Source: Geosiphon pyriformis uo1 (lineage: Eukaryota; Fungi; Glomeromycota). Taken from it: a stretch of 64,000 bases of DNA. The notes under the pieces are model-generated. The model made no database searches. It saw only the letters and a program-made list of their open reading frames with translations, and was not told the DNA's origin. Of this stretch, positions 46,562-61,098 are shown piece after piece (position 1 is the stretch's first letter; each line of letters begins with the position of its first letter). The position numbers were made by a program, and so were the translations under genes. The stretch is taken from the NCBI GenBank assembly GCA_016748015.1, contig JAAOMT010000028.1:78001-142000 (forward strand), written 5' to 3'.

Positions 46562-48180
46562 ATGATTACGATTAAAGCAAAGAGTAAAAAAGTTTTAAAC
46601 ATTATTTTTTTTATAGTAACTAATAAAGTTTCAACAAAAAAAAGTTTTTTTATTGTTAAAGCAGCTAGACAAAATATTTTGACAATATTTTCTTTAAATA
46701 TTAGTAGTAAAAAGCTGCCAAAAGCAGTTTTTGAAGCATTTTTATCTTTAATTAATAATTATTTTCTAATTAAAGTTTTTCTAAGAAATATATTTAAATT
46801 AATTCTAGTATTGTTTTTATCTTTTTCAAAAGCCCCAAAGTTTTTAACAGCAATAGTTGCTTGTATTTGTTATTATTATACCAAATTTTTTTTTTAATAT
46901 AAGCAATAATAATTATAACATATTTTTAAGACAAACCAAGATTAATTACTAGCTATATTGTCAAATATAATGTTTTTTAACAGATTTTTGTTAATTTTAA
47001 AAGCAAAATAATTTATTAGGTTATTTAATTTTAAGAATTAAGCTAATTATATAAAAACTAAATCAATTTTTGCTTTTTTGTTTTTTGGTATTGTCTTTAA
47101 TAGTGCTTAGAAAACAATTTCTAATTGTTAAAAGTTTTTTAAATAAATAGTTTTTACTTTAATGCTTAATTCTATTTTTAAGATCAAATTAATCTTGGTT
47201 AATTTTTTGTTTTATCTGTTATTTGGCTTTATTAAACTTAAGTCAGATTTCAAAGATAACATTAAGTTGTTTTATGTAGAATTTGCTTCTAAATTTTTTT
47301 TGGTTGCTGTTGTTAAAGTTTTTATTAATGGTTTTTTTGATATATTTTCTAATAATATAAAAAATACTTTTGGTATTTTTGGTGTTGTTACTTCTATTAA
47401 ATTAAAATCTGCTGGTTTATAATAATATATTATTGTTAATTTTAAAAACTTTTTTTTTGCTGATATTATTCTTAATAACTAATTTGTACTAATTAAAAAA
47501 AATAGTGTTTGAATTCTTTTTTTCTTTAATTAAAAAGAAATTATTATTTTAAAAATTTTTTTTTCAATTATACTGTTTTTAAAATTAGTAATATGATTTT
47601 TTAAGTTAGTAATTATATTTGTTTTATTTTTTACTTTTTTAATTTTTATTATTATTAATACTTTAATATTATTACTTTAAAATTTCATAAAAAACTAAAT
47701 CTTTACTATAGCAAAAACTAATACTTTATATAAATATTATATTTAATAAAAAAACTTCTAAGTGCTATTACTATTACAAATATTAAAGTTTGAACTATTT
47801 ATTTACTAATTACAAAATGTTTTTATTTATTTTTCTTAGGTTGTTTTTTAAGTTAGTTGTTGGCTCTTAATTTTTTATATTATTTATTATTAATAACAAG
47901 TTTTATATTATGATTTTTGTCTCTTTAATTCTTCTTTTTATTGTTTTTTTGGCTGCTTTTGTTATTAATCTTGTCATTAGATTTAGATTGAATTTTTTGG
48001 AATCATAGATTTTAAGTTTGGTTGTTTTAGTAAATTTTATTGTTAATCTATTGGTTTTTTGGTTGTTTTGGTTATTTTTTTTGTGTTTAAAAATATGTGC
48101 AAAAATCACAAAATTGAGCAAAATTTGCTTGTTATACTTAATATTTTTAAGAATTTTGTTTTTTTTTTGCTAATATATTT
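46562..48180 (+). pseudogene. Strongly decayed LINE ORF1 (same family as 23592-25610)
   Basis: IKAKSKKVL...NKVSTKKSFFIVKAARQNIL; KDNIKLFYVEFAS; FGIFGVVTSIKLKSAG. Confidence 0.7.
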
Positions 48181-49014
48181 AAAAACTTTGTTTATCTTAA
48201 AGCTAAAATTGAATTTAATAACATAAATATTAATGATTTAAAAACTGTTAACATACATTTTTTAACTGAAAAAACATGTAACTGTATGATTATTTTGTAA
48301 CAAATATGTAATTCTAAAGTTAAAAATAGTATTAAAAAAACTAGATTGTTTTTTAATAACTTTATTTTTGATATTAAGAATTTGAATAATATTATTAAGA
48401 GAATTTGCAAACTGAATTTACTTTTAGTTTTTTTTAGTATTGTCTTAACTAATTTAAATAATTAATTATGTATAAAAAATACATAAATCATACTTAGTTT
48501 ATATTACTTAATTTAATATATTGTACTAAAATATATTTAGATTTTATTTGTTAAATATAATAAATAAATAAAAAAATTGTAAAAAGTTTTGTTTTTAATA
48601 TTTACAAAAATATAAAAAAAAGTAATTTTAAAAAAAATAATATAAAAAATTTTGATAATGTTAACAATTTTTTGAAAAGATAAATAAAGTTTAAAAATAG
48701 ATTTAATAAAATAAATAATAATAAAATAACAAAAATTAATAATAAAAAAATAAAAAAGTTTTATTTAAATAATTTATTAATTATAATATTTAAGACAAAT
48801 TTTATTAGATATATAATAATAAAATTTTTATTAATATTTAATTTTAATATACTTAATAATAATAAAAATATAATAATAAATTTGTTTTTATTTTTATTAA
48901 AATTAATATTAAATTTGACTTTTTTTTTATTATTTTATTATTTATAAAAAAAAGTTATTAATAAAAAATTGTAAATAGTAAAAAAGTTTTTTTTTTATTA
49001 AGTATTTTACAAGT

Positions 49015-50728
49015 ATAGCCCAATCACTACCTAAACTATAGCAATATACAAAATCTTATATTAAGCATGGCTCATGCGCTTCCTATATATAACTAGCCAC
49101 TTAGGCCAATCAAGGCAACACTAGACACCTAAAATACCAACAACCAGAAAGTTCTCTACAAAACTGAAATGTGCACTGAACAGGTGAGAATGTAAATCAT
49201 AATATATGTAAACACTTAGTCTGATACCAAAATCAAAAATTACTCTGAAAAACCACAAGGTGGCTAAACCAGATACTACCAATACTATAAACTCATTACA
49301 TAGCAAAAGACTATGCTTCTCATAAAACACTCTTAACTTAGTGGTTGGCAACCACATAGTGGATCTATGACTCTCAGCAAAGCCACAGATTAGGCCAATG
49401 ACCAGAGATCTACTGTTAGAGCTACTATCCAGCAGACATAATGTATCAGCCACCCAATTCTTCAAAACAAATCTTTTGGCTAGGGACATATATAAACTAC
49501 CTGACAATTCAGCCTTTCACAGAGAGTAAATTACCACACTGTCAGTAAAAAAAACACCAAGCTTAATAACCCAACTATCAATAGTTCTTAAAATTAATTC
49601 ACTTCTAGCACCAGCATCTTGAATGCAAAAAAATGTGTAATTGGAATCCTCAACCAACCCACATCAAATACATAGCATGCTCGGATAATCCAGATCATAA
49701 AACCTCTTTCTCTTTGCTACTAGAAGGCAATTGTGAATGGCTTTTATAAAGTAGGATCAAATAGACACAGAAGAACAGCTAATAAAGTTTGATTAAAAAT
49801 GACTATTAGGATACTACACACTAAATATATATTGCACATTAATTATGTTATGCATTGTATTTTCCACAGCATAATTTACATATTTGGCTTCCCAACTGAC
49901 AAAACTAACAGCATCAAAAAGATGCTTAATAAAATGATGGGCATTCCCAGAGACAGGTTTTTTTTCAATAGACAAAAAATGGCAAGACGTCCCAACAGGT
50001 AGCACGACAACAGAGCTGGTGGCAGCATTGGCCAATAAATTAGCATGCTCATTGCCATATACTCCAGAGTGGCTCTTAACTTTATTCCAGACTACTGACA
50101 AGTTTTTCAACACAATGGTCTAATGAATTCAATCTCTCTCAATCCAATATTTATTGCAAAACTAAAACACACTCCAAAGCAAGGGTGATGGTATGTAGTT
50201 CAGTCAATGTTAATGAAAGCAAGCCATTCACTCTAATCCTTACACCATCATTAATGTTTGGAAAATAAGCAGCAGCATTACCACATGCATCTATAGAACC
50301 CAAAACTTTAATTGAGCCATCAGTATAAACCACCATACTCCCAAAATTATCAAGAAAATGTTCACTAATAGGACTTAGATCGACTGGGCAACCACCAGAA
50401 GCTGGATTAAAAGCTGGGATATGACTACTGACCAGGCCACCATTACCAATGAAATCAGTCAACACACAAAACCAATCAGGTGTTAGACCTCTTGGATCCA
50501 ACTTTTTCTATCTGTGAAAACTGCTCCACGTGAAACACATGCCATAATGGTCTAAGAGCTGGTTTGCAAAAATAATGCCAAACTTCTTCAATGAACCAAC
50601 TATACTCATATACTGATCCAAACCCAAAACTTCAGCAACAGGTATGTCACTACCAGCATGGAACACATTCGGCAAACCATTGCCCAAGGAGATTTTGTAC
50701 AATGCCAAAATGTTGGTTATGCCAGCCA
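49015..50728 (-). mobile_element. LINE ORF2 3' fragment with RNase H and C-terminal Cys/His knuckle
   Basis: VVYTDGS, LTELHTITLAL and KVKSHSGVYGNEHAN are RNase H motifs; CI*CGLVEDSNYTFFC downstream. Confidence 0.82.
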
Positions 50729-51178
50729 AAAAAGAATGTAAAAAAGTTTTTATTAATAATTAGTATAAAAAATTTTTATTGTTTTAAAATTTTAAAAAAT
50801 AATTATTAAAATTTATTTTTAAATTAAATTAAATTTTTAATAATAAGTTTAAATATATAAATATATATTTAAATTAAAAACTAATTATTAAGAAAATTTT
50901 AATTAATATTTTAAAAAAAATTGTAATTATTGTACTTTTTAAGTTTAATAATATTAAAATTAATTAAGTTATAATTAATTGGTCTTTAATAAAAAATTAT
51001 AATAAAATTTGTTAAATTAAATATAAAAGCTTTTTTTCTCTTATATTTCAAATTTTTCAAAAAATATATTTTTGAAAAAAAAAGTTTTTTATTTTTATTT
51101 TTTCTTGTTATTTTTTGTAAATATTTCTCAAGCAAATAATTTTTTTATAATGAACTTGATAACTGTCTCAAATAGTAA

Positions 51179-54100
51179 TATGTCTAAAAAAAAGTGCTTA
51201 AAAAAACTTTTTACAGTTCTGTTAAAGGTTCTTTTTTTTGAAAAAAAAAGATTTTTGTTGGTAATATTAAGTATTTTAGTAATAAAAAAAATATCTCTTT
51301 GGTCAAATTTAGTACTAATAATAATATATATTCAAATATAAATAGTAAGTTTAATAATAGTAAAGATAATAATATTTTATTAAGTATTGGTAATGGTTTT
51401 TTTCTTAACTTAGCAACAAATATTCTTAAAACTAAAAAAATAAATATTAGTCTAGTATGTAATTTTTTTATTAATTCAATTAATTATGGCATAGATAAAA
51501 ATAAAGAATTTTTCTTTTTTTTTCTCAATATTTTTTTGAACAAAAGATAAATTAACTCAAAAATTGTCAAAACTTAAGTAGAAGTATCCATTAAAAAAAT
51601 TTTTGCTCTGAACATTAATCTTTTAACTATAAAAAACAAATTAGCTATAGTAAAAACTTAGACAATCAGAAAAAATTTCTTATTAATCAATGGTTTTGGG
51701 AAGGCTACTATTTCTTCAAAATTTGAAAAGATTATCAGATTAATATTTACTTCAGAAAAAAACATAAAAAAGACTGTATTATAGACTAAAAAAAAAAGAA
51801 ATTATTATAAACAACAATCTTAAAAGACAAAAAATATGTTTAAATTGAATTGTAATGATCAAAAAAATTCTTATAAATATGCCAAAAAAAATGATCATTA
51901 CTGTAATATCTAAGTTTGGTTAAATTATGTCTATTAAATTGCAACTTATTGAGTTGTGGCAGAAGACTGCAATAAAATTTGCTAAATTAAGTTAAGTTAA
52001 TCAATTGACATCTAAGTGGTCTTTTTTAATTAGTAAAAGCTATAAGAGATCAGGATATTTAGATTTTTAGAGATTATTTTAAAGCACTTTTGTTTATTTT
52101 GTCTGTGGATATGACTGTTTATAATTTTGGCACTTTTTTAAACAAGACTGGTGGAAAAATTTGTGTTATTAATTGATCATTAGAAACTGGCAATAGAATT
52201 TACTGTGCTGTAATTGGTTTTAAAATAAGTAAGAAACTAAAGACTGCTTTTTATATAGAACTAATTTTTGGTAATATAAAACTTTTATGAACCAAATTAA
52301 ATTTGGTTCATTATAAAAAGTACAAATATTTTAAATATTTAGTTTTAAAATGTAATACATCAAGTGCATTTATCTTGTTTTCCAAAAAAATTCATAAAAA
52401 AATTGATTCAAAAAAAAATTATCTTTAGCTGGCCAAATTATACACTAAAAAATATGGTTCTATTTTTTATTCTGTTATCTTTAGTGACAAATCTTGGGCA
52501 TAATTAGTCTTATTTATTGCTTTTTTTGATAATACTTGTTCTGGTTTTGGTTTTGAATCTTTTTTTTTTAAATATATTATATGTTAAAGAAGATCTTTTG
52601 GTTGTTTAAAATAATTCATTTATTAACACTTACTTGGTTTCTTTGGAATGCTTTTTAGAGTTTTTGGCTGATCAAATATTAAGTATTGTGCAAAGATTAA
52701 ACAATATAAATCTGGTGCTTTTGGAATTTGTTTCTCAATCTCTCTTTTTTGTCATATTCATGTTATTAAATTTGAATTTAAATATGGTTTTGGATGGCTT
52801 ACTAATATTGTCTCTTTTATTTTTATCAGTTACAAAAGATAGGTTTTTGAATTTGGGTTTGAGTAGTTCAAAAATTTTAACTACCAAAATTAATGGCTTG
52901 AAATTAAAGATAGTTGCTTTTAAAGTCTCTATTAATTCAGTTTTAAAAAGGTTGAATCAGTTGTATTCTGACTTGAGTTTTTTGTTGTTTTTTTTATCTT
53001 AATAACCAATTTGGTATAGAAATTTATTACATGCAATATCTAAAACATTAATGTTTTTGCTAAGCAAAAAAATATTAATTATTAACATATAAAATTAAAT
53101 AATATGGTTTTTATAGTTACAGAAACAAAATTAAAGTCTAGTATTAAGCCATAGATTATAAATAAGTTTAATGGAATGTGAGTTTTTACATCTGGTTTAG
53201 ATAAAAGTTTTCTTAATACTGGAGTGGTTATTATTATAAACAATTTTTTGGTTCAACATATCTTTAAGATAAAAAAAGTTCTTGATTATGTTATCTTAGT
53301 ATGACTTTTTTTAAAAGCAAACTCTTAGTTATGGTTTTGGGTTTGTATGCTGACACTTTTGCTAAAACTAAGTTCAATTAAACTTTGAAAATCAATTTTT
53401 TTATTGCTAAGACAGTTAATTTTAACAATTTTGTGATCATAGATAGTATTACCAAAGATTTTTGGTCTCTTTTTTTAAATGTTATTAATGTTAGTTTGCT
53501 GTAAATTTACGTTTTTTAGAAGTATTTAAACTTCTAATAACTGAATTTATTTTTAAATTATTTTATATAATTTAAACTGCTGGATTTATAAGTAGAATAG
53601 TCAATTCTGTACTAATTATTTTGTATAATTATATTGTAATAATATTAACTCTTTCTCAAAAATTGCTTATTTGAAAACTTACTAAAATGTATAGTTATTC
53701 TGCTGTAAAAATTAACTCTTTTACAGAAATTTTGTTTGTAAACTATTTTAATAATTATAGTAAGAAAAAATAAAATAAAATAAAATAAAATAAAATAAAT
53801 ATAAAAAAAATAAAATTTTGTTAAGAGAATCGTTTTTTGGTCCAAGTTTAAAATCACTAATGGCTTACTGAAATTGGTAGCTAATTAATTTTAAAATATT
53901 AGTTGGATTTCAGAAAATGTTAAGTGTAACTATTTTATGAATTAAATTTTAAGTATATTTTTATTTTGATTTGTATTTTATAAAAATAAATCTAGAGTAA
54001 AATATCTATGGTAAAATTGATACTAAAGTTTGAATAATACATTTTTTTGAAAAAAAAGCTCTTTTTTTATACAATTTATTATGGTACTAGTCTATAAACT

Positions 54101-55200
54101 TAAACTTTTCTCTTTGTTATAATTTCAACAAACTAAAAATACATTTTAATAAACTGCAAGTTATTTTGATAGACTATTCATTATTTTGGCAAATTCTTGA
54201 ATATTATATAGTTTAGAATATTGTATTATTTGATCATCTTAATTTCTATTGTACAAATTAGATTATTAATTAAATAGTAATATTTAATAATTTGATTAAG
54301 TAATAAGTGATAATTGAAACAATTTTAATATATGTTAATTAATAATAAAGATTATAAGAGTAATTTTATGCTAATTTAATATCTAAAATTCTACTGGTAA
54401 CAATAGAAACTTCAACAAAAATAAATTCAAGAAAAGTGCAAGTTTCAAGTTTTGTTTGAATTTGGGTTTAGTCAACTCATTTGGTAAACATCTATTAATT
54501 AAAATTCCTAATTGGAACAATTTAAGAAGTGTTAAAAAAATTATTAATTACATTTTTATAAATAAGAGTTTGTTTTCTGCAGTTGCTAGTTATGAAGTTG
54601 AATTAGTATCTAATTTTTTTAATACTAACCACAAGATGGTTTTAGTGGTAATTAGTTTGGATAACTTATTGGATGTTTATTTGAATAGTCTGTATAAACA
54701 AGCTAATAAAAATTGCTGGATGTTTAAAATTAAAAATGTAAATAATACCAAATAGATAAAATTTAGAAAATGCTCTTCTGTTAGATATGTAATAATAACA
54801 AATAAGTTTTTGAAAACAAGAATTTGTAAGGATTTGAATATTATGTAAAAGTTGTTAAGTAAAATGATGGCAGAGTTTATTGATAAAACATTCTATAGAC
54901 ATTGGTTTAATGAGTTTTAATATTCAAAAAACAAATATTCTTCTAAGTTTTTTGGATTAAAATTGTTAATTGCTAAAATTGCTAAAAAGTTGAACTTTAG
55001 TAACATGCTTGAATTTAACTATCTTGCTAAAAAATAGTTGACTTTGAATAATAATAAGACTTTCAAAATCATGAAAATAGTTTAAGATAATTTGAAGTTA
55101 ACAAATATTTTTAAACATTTGTTGATTGTTCACAAAAAGTACAGGAAATCCAAATTGTATGAATTAAAATTAGTTAAAAAAACATTTATTAAAAAGACAA
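51179..55200 (+). mobile_element. Decayed LINE: ORF1 (~51179-53002) and ORF2 APE-endonuclease region, interrupted by a solo LTR; 3'-truncated
   Basis: ORF2 start region resembles ITCN(VRG)IN..KQ, VTETKL, GVVII, VLGLYA, IIxGDFN (split by the LTR), PNW.N....INYIF and TNHKMV. Confidence 0.72.
53447..54402 (-). mobile_element. Solo LTR of family B
   Basis: Reverse complement colinear with B LTRs (tgttaccagtagaatttt...); perfect TSD ATAG (53443-53446, 54403-54406). Confidence 0.9.
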
Positions 55201-55229
55201 TATTATGAATAAATTTGTTGGATTAGTAT

Positions 55230-56081
55230 AATAATATTTGGTGCTCTAAATTTGGATGTAATTGGAAAGCTTAAAAAATTTCTATTTTAGATACTTGAAG
55301 TAAGTTAGTAATATCAGTTTCTGAAAATTTTTGTTGATTTTTACTTATAGAATTCTTAAATTATAAGGCACAAAAAAGTGTTTTGGCTGTTTATAGCTTA
55401 AGTATGTGAGCTATTTTTTTTTGAACTAGTTAAATACAGTTATTAAGATTTGGTAATATCTTTTCACTCTTTTGGTAAGTTAATAAAATAATATTAATAT
55501 TCAATCTTAAGAGGAGTTTCTCTTTTTTACCTGGCTATTACAAAGTTTATTCTCAAAAAATCAATTTTACAATATTGCTACTTTACAAAAGAAAAAAAAA
55601 AATTAAAAAAATTAAAGAAATTAGTATTATTAATTGTTATAATCAAAAACAATTGGTCTAAGTCATTATTGTTTGAGATAGTTTTATGCTAAAAACATCT
55701 AACTAGGAACAAAGATAAAAAAATCATTAATTTGGTTTAAATATAGAATTTGTGAATCATATATAAATGATTTTTGGTTTTGAATATTTTTTTATTTAAA
55801 ATAATATAGATATATAAATAAAATAAATATAAAAAATCTGGATAAAAAATATATTTTTTATCTGTCTGTCTTTTTGTCTGTTCTTTTTTTTTTGTTAAGA
55901 CTACTTATTTTTATACATATTTCTAATTTTATAAGATTGCTTTTAATTACTTGTTATTATTGATTATTGTTTACTATCTCTGTTGTTGTTTTGTTTTTTT
56001 ATATTATAATTAATTATTCTATATTATAATTAGTTATTTTATATTATTGTATATTATCTTACATTATTTTGTATTATTATT
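55230..56081 (-). repeat. Decayed family-C LTR (C3-like U3 repeats)
   Basis: ttggtgctc (reverse complement of gagcaccaa), tatacatat TATA block at about 55912, and attattct/attattgt units like C3; ends approximate. Confidence 0.5.
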
Positions 56082-56289
56082 GGTTTCAATTAAACCAAAC
56101 TAAATTAAACTTTGAGTGTTGTTCAAGTTCAATTTGAATTATAAATTAAACTTAAACTAAACCAATTTTTCAAAGTAGGTTTGGTTTAAGTTTAACATTA
56201 AATCTTTTTAACAAATTTAAGTTTGGTTCAAGTCTGGTTCGAAGTTTACAAACTTGTTTAAGTTTAATAGAATTAAAAAAAAATATAAT

Positions 56290-57710
56290 TTGTACTACTT
56301 ATTTATTAATTATTACTTTGTAATAAAAGTCAACTTTTTTTAAGTGTTTCTTATCTAGAAATTTATTAAAAATATATAATTACTTTGTAGTAAAAGTCAA
56401 CTTTTTTACAAAAATCTTGTCTGCAAGCTACTCTAATAATTATATTAGAAAAAAAGAATATAAAAGAAATATAAAAGAATTGGAATTTTGTTAAGAAAAT
56501 TGTTTTTTATTTAGGCTTGAAGTTATTAACAAATTATTAAAATTGATAGTTAGTCAATTTTAAAATATTAGTTAAGTTTTAAGAAATATTAAGTATAATT
56601 ATTTCAAGAATTGGTTTTCGAAGTATATTTTTATTTTTAAATTGTATTAATAAAAATAAATTTAAAATAAAATATCTATAGTAAAATATATTTTTTCAAA
56701 AAAAAAAGCTTTTTTTTTATACAATTTGCTATAGTACTAGTCTATGAACTTGAACTTTTTTTTTGCTATAATTTAGATGATTTAAAGATATATTTCAATG
56801 AACTACAAGTTATTTTGACAAACTATTTATTATTTCAGTGTATTATTTATTATTTTGGCAAATTTCTTATAAATTTCAGTAAATTTTTGAATATTACATA
56901 ATTTAAGATATTATATAATTTGATTATTTTAATTTCTATTGTATAAATCAAGTTATTAATTAAATAGTAATATTTGATAATTTGATTAAGTAATAAGTAA
57001 TAATTGAATAATATTAATATATATTAATAATAATAAAAATTATAAAAGTAATTTTATATTAATTAATAACTAAAATTCTACTGATAATATAATCTTTTTT
57101 TAAGACTAAACTTTATTAAAGTTCAAGTATTTTTTGTAATATTGAGATAGTGGTTCAAAATAATTAAAGTGATTTGGTCTAAAAATTGTTGAAATTTTAA
57201 TTCTGTAAATTTGTCAATATATTGAATTTTTATTGGTTAGAGTATTGGATTTTGTAAGATGTTTTTACAAATATTGAATAGATTATAGAGTCTAAGAGCT
57301 GCTTTAAGCTTGTAGTAAGTATTTATTAGTTCAATTACTGTTTTGAAATTATTGTAAATTTGTTTTTATATAGCTTTAGGAATGAAGTTAGTTGTCTCAA
57401 GTTTTAGTTTTCGTTTATAAAGTGTTTTTTTAATATAAAAATATCCAAAACTAAGAGTATATTCATGATTTTGTTCATTAAGATATAGGTAAAGTTTTTG
57501 TTAAATTGTGATATTTGGTAAAATGTTAATAAAAACAATTAAAAAGTTTTTCTTTAAAGCTTGTTTCAAAAGTTCTGGTAATTAAATTTCGGCATAATTT
57601 CTTGTTTTTTTTCTATAAAAATAATAGTTTTGAGAATTATTTACTACTAGTGTTGTAGTTTTTTTTTGAGTGTAATTAATTTGACTTCCATTAATTGTTA
57701 TAAATAGGTA
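56290..57710 (-). mobile_element. Family-B remnant: ORF3 (57710-57100), PPT and partial 3' LTR (57089-56290)
   Basis: Reverse complement matches B 16900-18300, e.g. ...tatagaaaaaaaacaagaa, tacaagcttaaagcagctcttagactctat, and the LTR start tattatcagtagaatttt. Confidence 0.8.
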
Positions 57711-60700
57711 TAAAATTAGTTATTTTATTATAAGTTTAATAGTATATATTATTTAAAGTATAAAAAAATATTTTGAAAGAAAAATTAACTTATTAAGATT
57801 TATCAACTTTTATTAACAACAGAATTAACAGCAAAATAATATTAATAATATTAAAAAAAGTAAAAAAATTTTTAGTAATAATACTTATTATTAATATTTT
57901 GAGTTTATGTTTTTTAAAAACACATATTATTTATATTTTATATTATGTTTTATTTATAAATAAATTAATAATTTTATTATCTAATCTTGTTTTTGTTATA
58001 GTATTAATTAAGTAATAAAATTGTTGTATTATTAAAGATATAATTTTAATAATAGTATTTAACCAATAAAATATTTTTATTTCTATTTTTTTATAAACTT
58101 TTTAAAAAATTTTTTATTTTTAGTTTTTATAAAATAAATTTTTAAATATTACATATTTTTAATAACTAATTAAAAAAATTTTAGTTACAACTTTATTAAA
58201 TTAGTTTAATTTTTGGTTAATTATATTTTTTGTGTTTTTATAAGATTAAATTATCTTTTTTTATGAAATTTATACTAAAACTGGTTTTTGTTTAATAATA
58301 AATAATAATAATAATACTTTTTTTTATTTTAAATAATTTGTTTATTATTGTTTTTGTTTTTTTAAAAACTGAAATAATTTATATACTTATATATATAATA
58401 ATATATATTATCTAATAAAAATATTATTATGGTTAAAAAGATTTTTAAATTTGTGTTTTTTACTAATATTATTTAAAATTAAAAATAAAAAAATAAAAAA
58501 ATAAGTATTAAACAAGAAAATAAATTTTATTAATAATTAATAATATATGTAATTTTATATTTTTAAACAAATATTTTATTATTTATACTATTTATATAAA
58601 CTACTTTTAAATAAATACATATTAATAATAATAATATTAAATTATTTTTTAATATTTCTTTTACATATTTTTTAAATTCTAAAAACTATGTAATTTTAGA
58701 ACTTTAAGTTTTAAATTTTTCTATTAAATACATTTTTTTAAATTTTAAATAAAATAAATAGAAAAATAATTTTAAGTTTTTAACTATTTAAAATAGTTAT
58801 TATAAGAATATAATTATGAAAACAATTATAAAAGAAAAATATTTTTGTTAATAATTTTATAATAATATTTTATAACTATAAATTTTATCAATTAAAGTAA
58901 TTTTTTTTTTAAAACTTTTAGTAAAATATATGAAATTATTTTATTATTATTTGTAAAGTAAAACAAAAAAAATAGAAAGCAAAAATATAATATAATTAGT
59001 TAATAATATAGTATAAATTCTTAAAATAAATAATATTAAGAATTCTAAAAGTATTAACAAAAATTTCAGAAATTTCAGAAATTTTAAAAATTTTAAAAAT
59101 TTTAAAAAAACTGATAAAAATACTAAATAATTTAGCAATAATTCAAAAAAATGTAAAAATTATTTAAAATTTCAGAAATCTTATATTATAAAAATTTATA
59201 TATATATAATAATAATAATTAAGATATTTATTATTAGTTTTAATCTATATAAATGTTGTTTCTTTTTTTAAATTTAAATAATAAAATATTAATATAAATA
59301 AATATAATAATGTTTTAATTAGCTTAAATAATTGGTTATATATAAAAAATATATAAATTATATATAGTTGAAATTATTTAATTTATTTTTATATATTAAA
59401 TAACAATTAAATTTTATTTGTTAAATAGTAAAAAAATAATTTGTATAATATTATATTATTATTAATATGTTATTTATATTAATAAAAAATATTTAAAAGT
59501 TGGTTAAATTTATTTATTATATTTAATTTATGTAAATTGATTTATTTTAAATTTATAAAATATATAAATAATTTTGTAAAAAATTTAGTTTTTTTAAAAT
59601 AATTACTGTATTTTTTGTTAATTTAATTTTAAATATAAAAATTTATATATATAATATTATATTATTTATATTAATTAAGCTTTAAATTATTATTTTAGTA
59701 TTTAATTATATATTAATATTTATATATATTATAATAAAATCCGATAATTAAGCTGTTTTAAATATATATTAATATTTATTTTAATTTAAAACATAAATAT
59801 TGAATTAAAAAATATTAAATTGTTAATATAATTTGCAAAAAAAGATTAAAAAATATTTTAATAATTTAAAAATAAGATTGCAAATATTTTGGTTAAATTA
59901 ACTATAAATTTAATTTTTTGTTGCTAATTAACATCAGAAAATTTTATTTTATGATTAAAAATACTATTTTATTTAAAAATATTTCTTATTTTTTTAGAAA
60001 ATCTTTTTATATAATAAATTCAAAAATACTATTAAATACATTAATACTTTATTAATTAAAAATATTATTTAAAATAAATTTATTTTGGTTTAATATTTTA
60101 ATAATATTATTAAGTTTGATCTAATAAGTTATAAATTTGCTAATTTTATATACTGTATATATAATAATAATAATAAAACTGTATAATTATAATTATTTAA
60201 ATATAATTTGTTTAAAATATAAAAGTTTAAATTTATTAAATCACTTATTTTTTATTTTAAAAATAAAACTGCCAGAATATTAATTGCTAAAAAATATACT
60301 AGTATATAATCTGTTAAATTTGATGTTGTAATTTTTTTTTCTGTGATTTTGTAAACTCTTTTTAATGTTTAAAACACTAAAAAATGTTTAAAAATGGTTA
60401 ATAAGTTGGATTAAGTTAATACTACTTTTATAATAATTGTGTATTGGTTCGTGGCTTACAAAAAACTAATTTAGCTACTCAACTTTAAGCTTTGGTCAAA
60501 TACAAAAAAAAGGTTGGTTAACATTTAAGATTTTGTGATTTTTAATGTTAAAGGATTACTTTTTCTGTTTAATAATGCTTTAATTAATAGAATCTGTTTG
60601 GCCAGAAGTGTTAGTTTGAATTTTGGTTTTGCCAAGAAATTGTTTTTGGTCTCGAATTTTGTTTTTTGATTTGTTGGAATCCGAAATATGACTGGCTCAA

Positions 60701-61098
60701 ATGGCTGATCATGTGTAAGTCTTTATTATTTAGTTTTTTTGCTAAATTGTATTAAGTCATGCTTGTTAATGCAAAAAATTTTTAAATTATAAAGAATTAA
60801 TAAAAATAATTTATGTTTTCATAATATTAACACTAAATTCTTTATTATTATTAAATCAATTAAAAAATAAAATGAAAAATTTGTGTCAAAAACTAAAATA
60901 CTTTTTAAGTTGGCTACTGATTATTTGACTTGTATTAAGCATTAAACTGAAATTCTAGATCATTTTAATAAACATCAATCTTTGAAATGGCTTTAAGAAT
61001 TTGCCCCATTTGGCAAATTACACTTTTGAAACCTCAATATTATACAAAAGAAAAATACATTTCACAAATCTCAGACTTTTCTGAATTATAAACCCCAA

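Noticed and set aside
23592-48180. Two homologous LINE ORF1 copies in inverted orientation flanking the gene island, suggesting a giant composite transposon or Starship-like cargo
   Set aside because: The copies differ greatly in decay, are not terminal inverted repeats and have no shared TSD or recombinase; the enclosed genes are ordinary housekeeping genes.
46900-60900. Numerous short F/L/I/K/N-rich ORFs in AT-rich tracts
   Set aside because: Compositional artefacts of decayed repeats; only those matching TE domains were kept.
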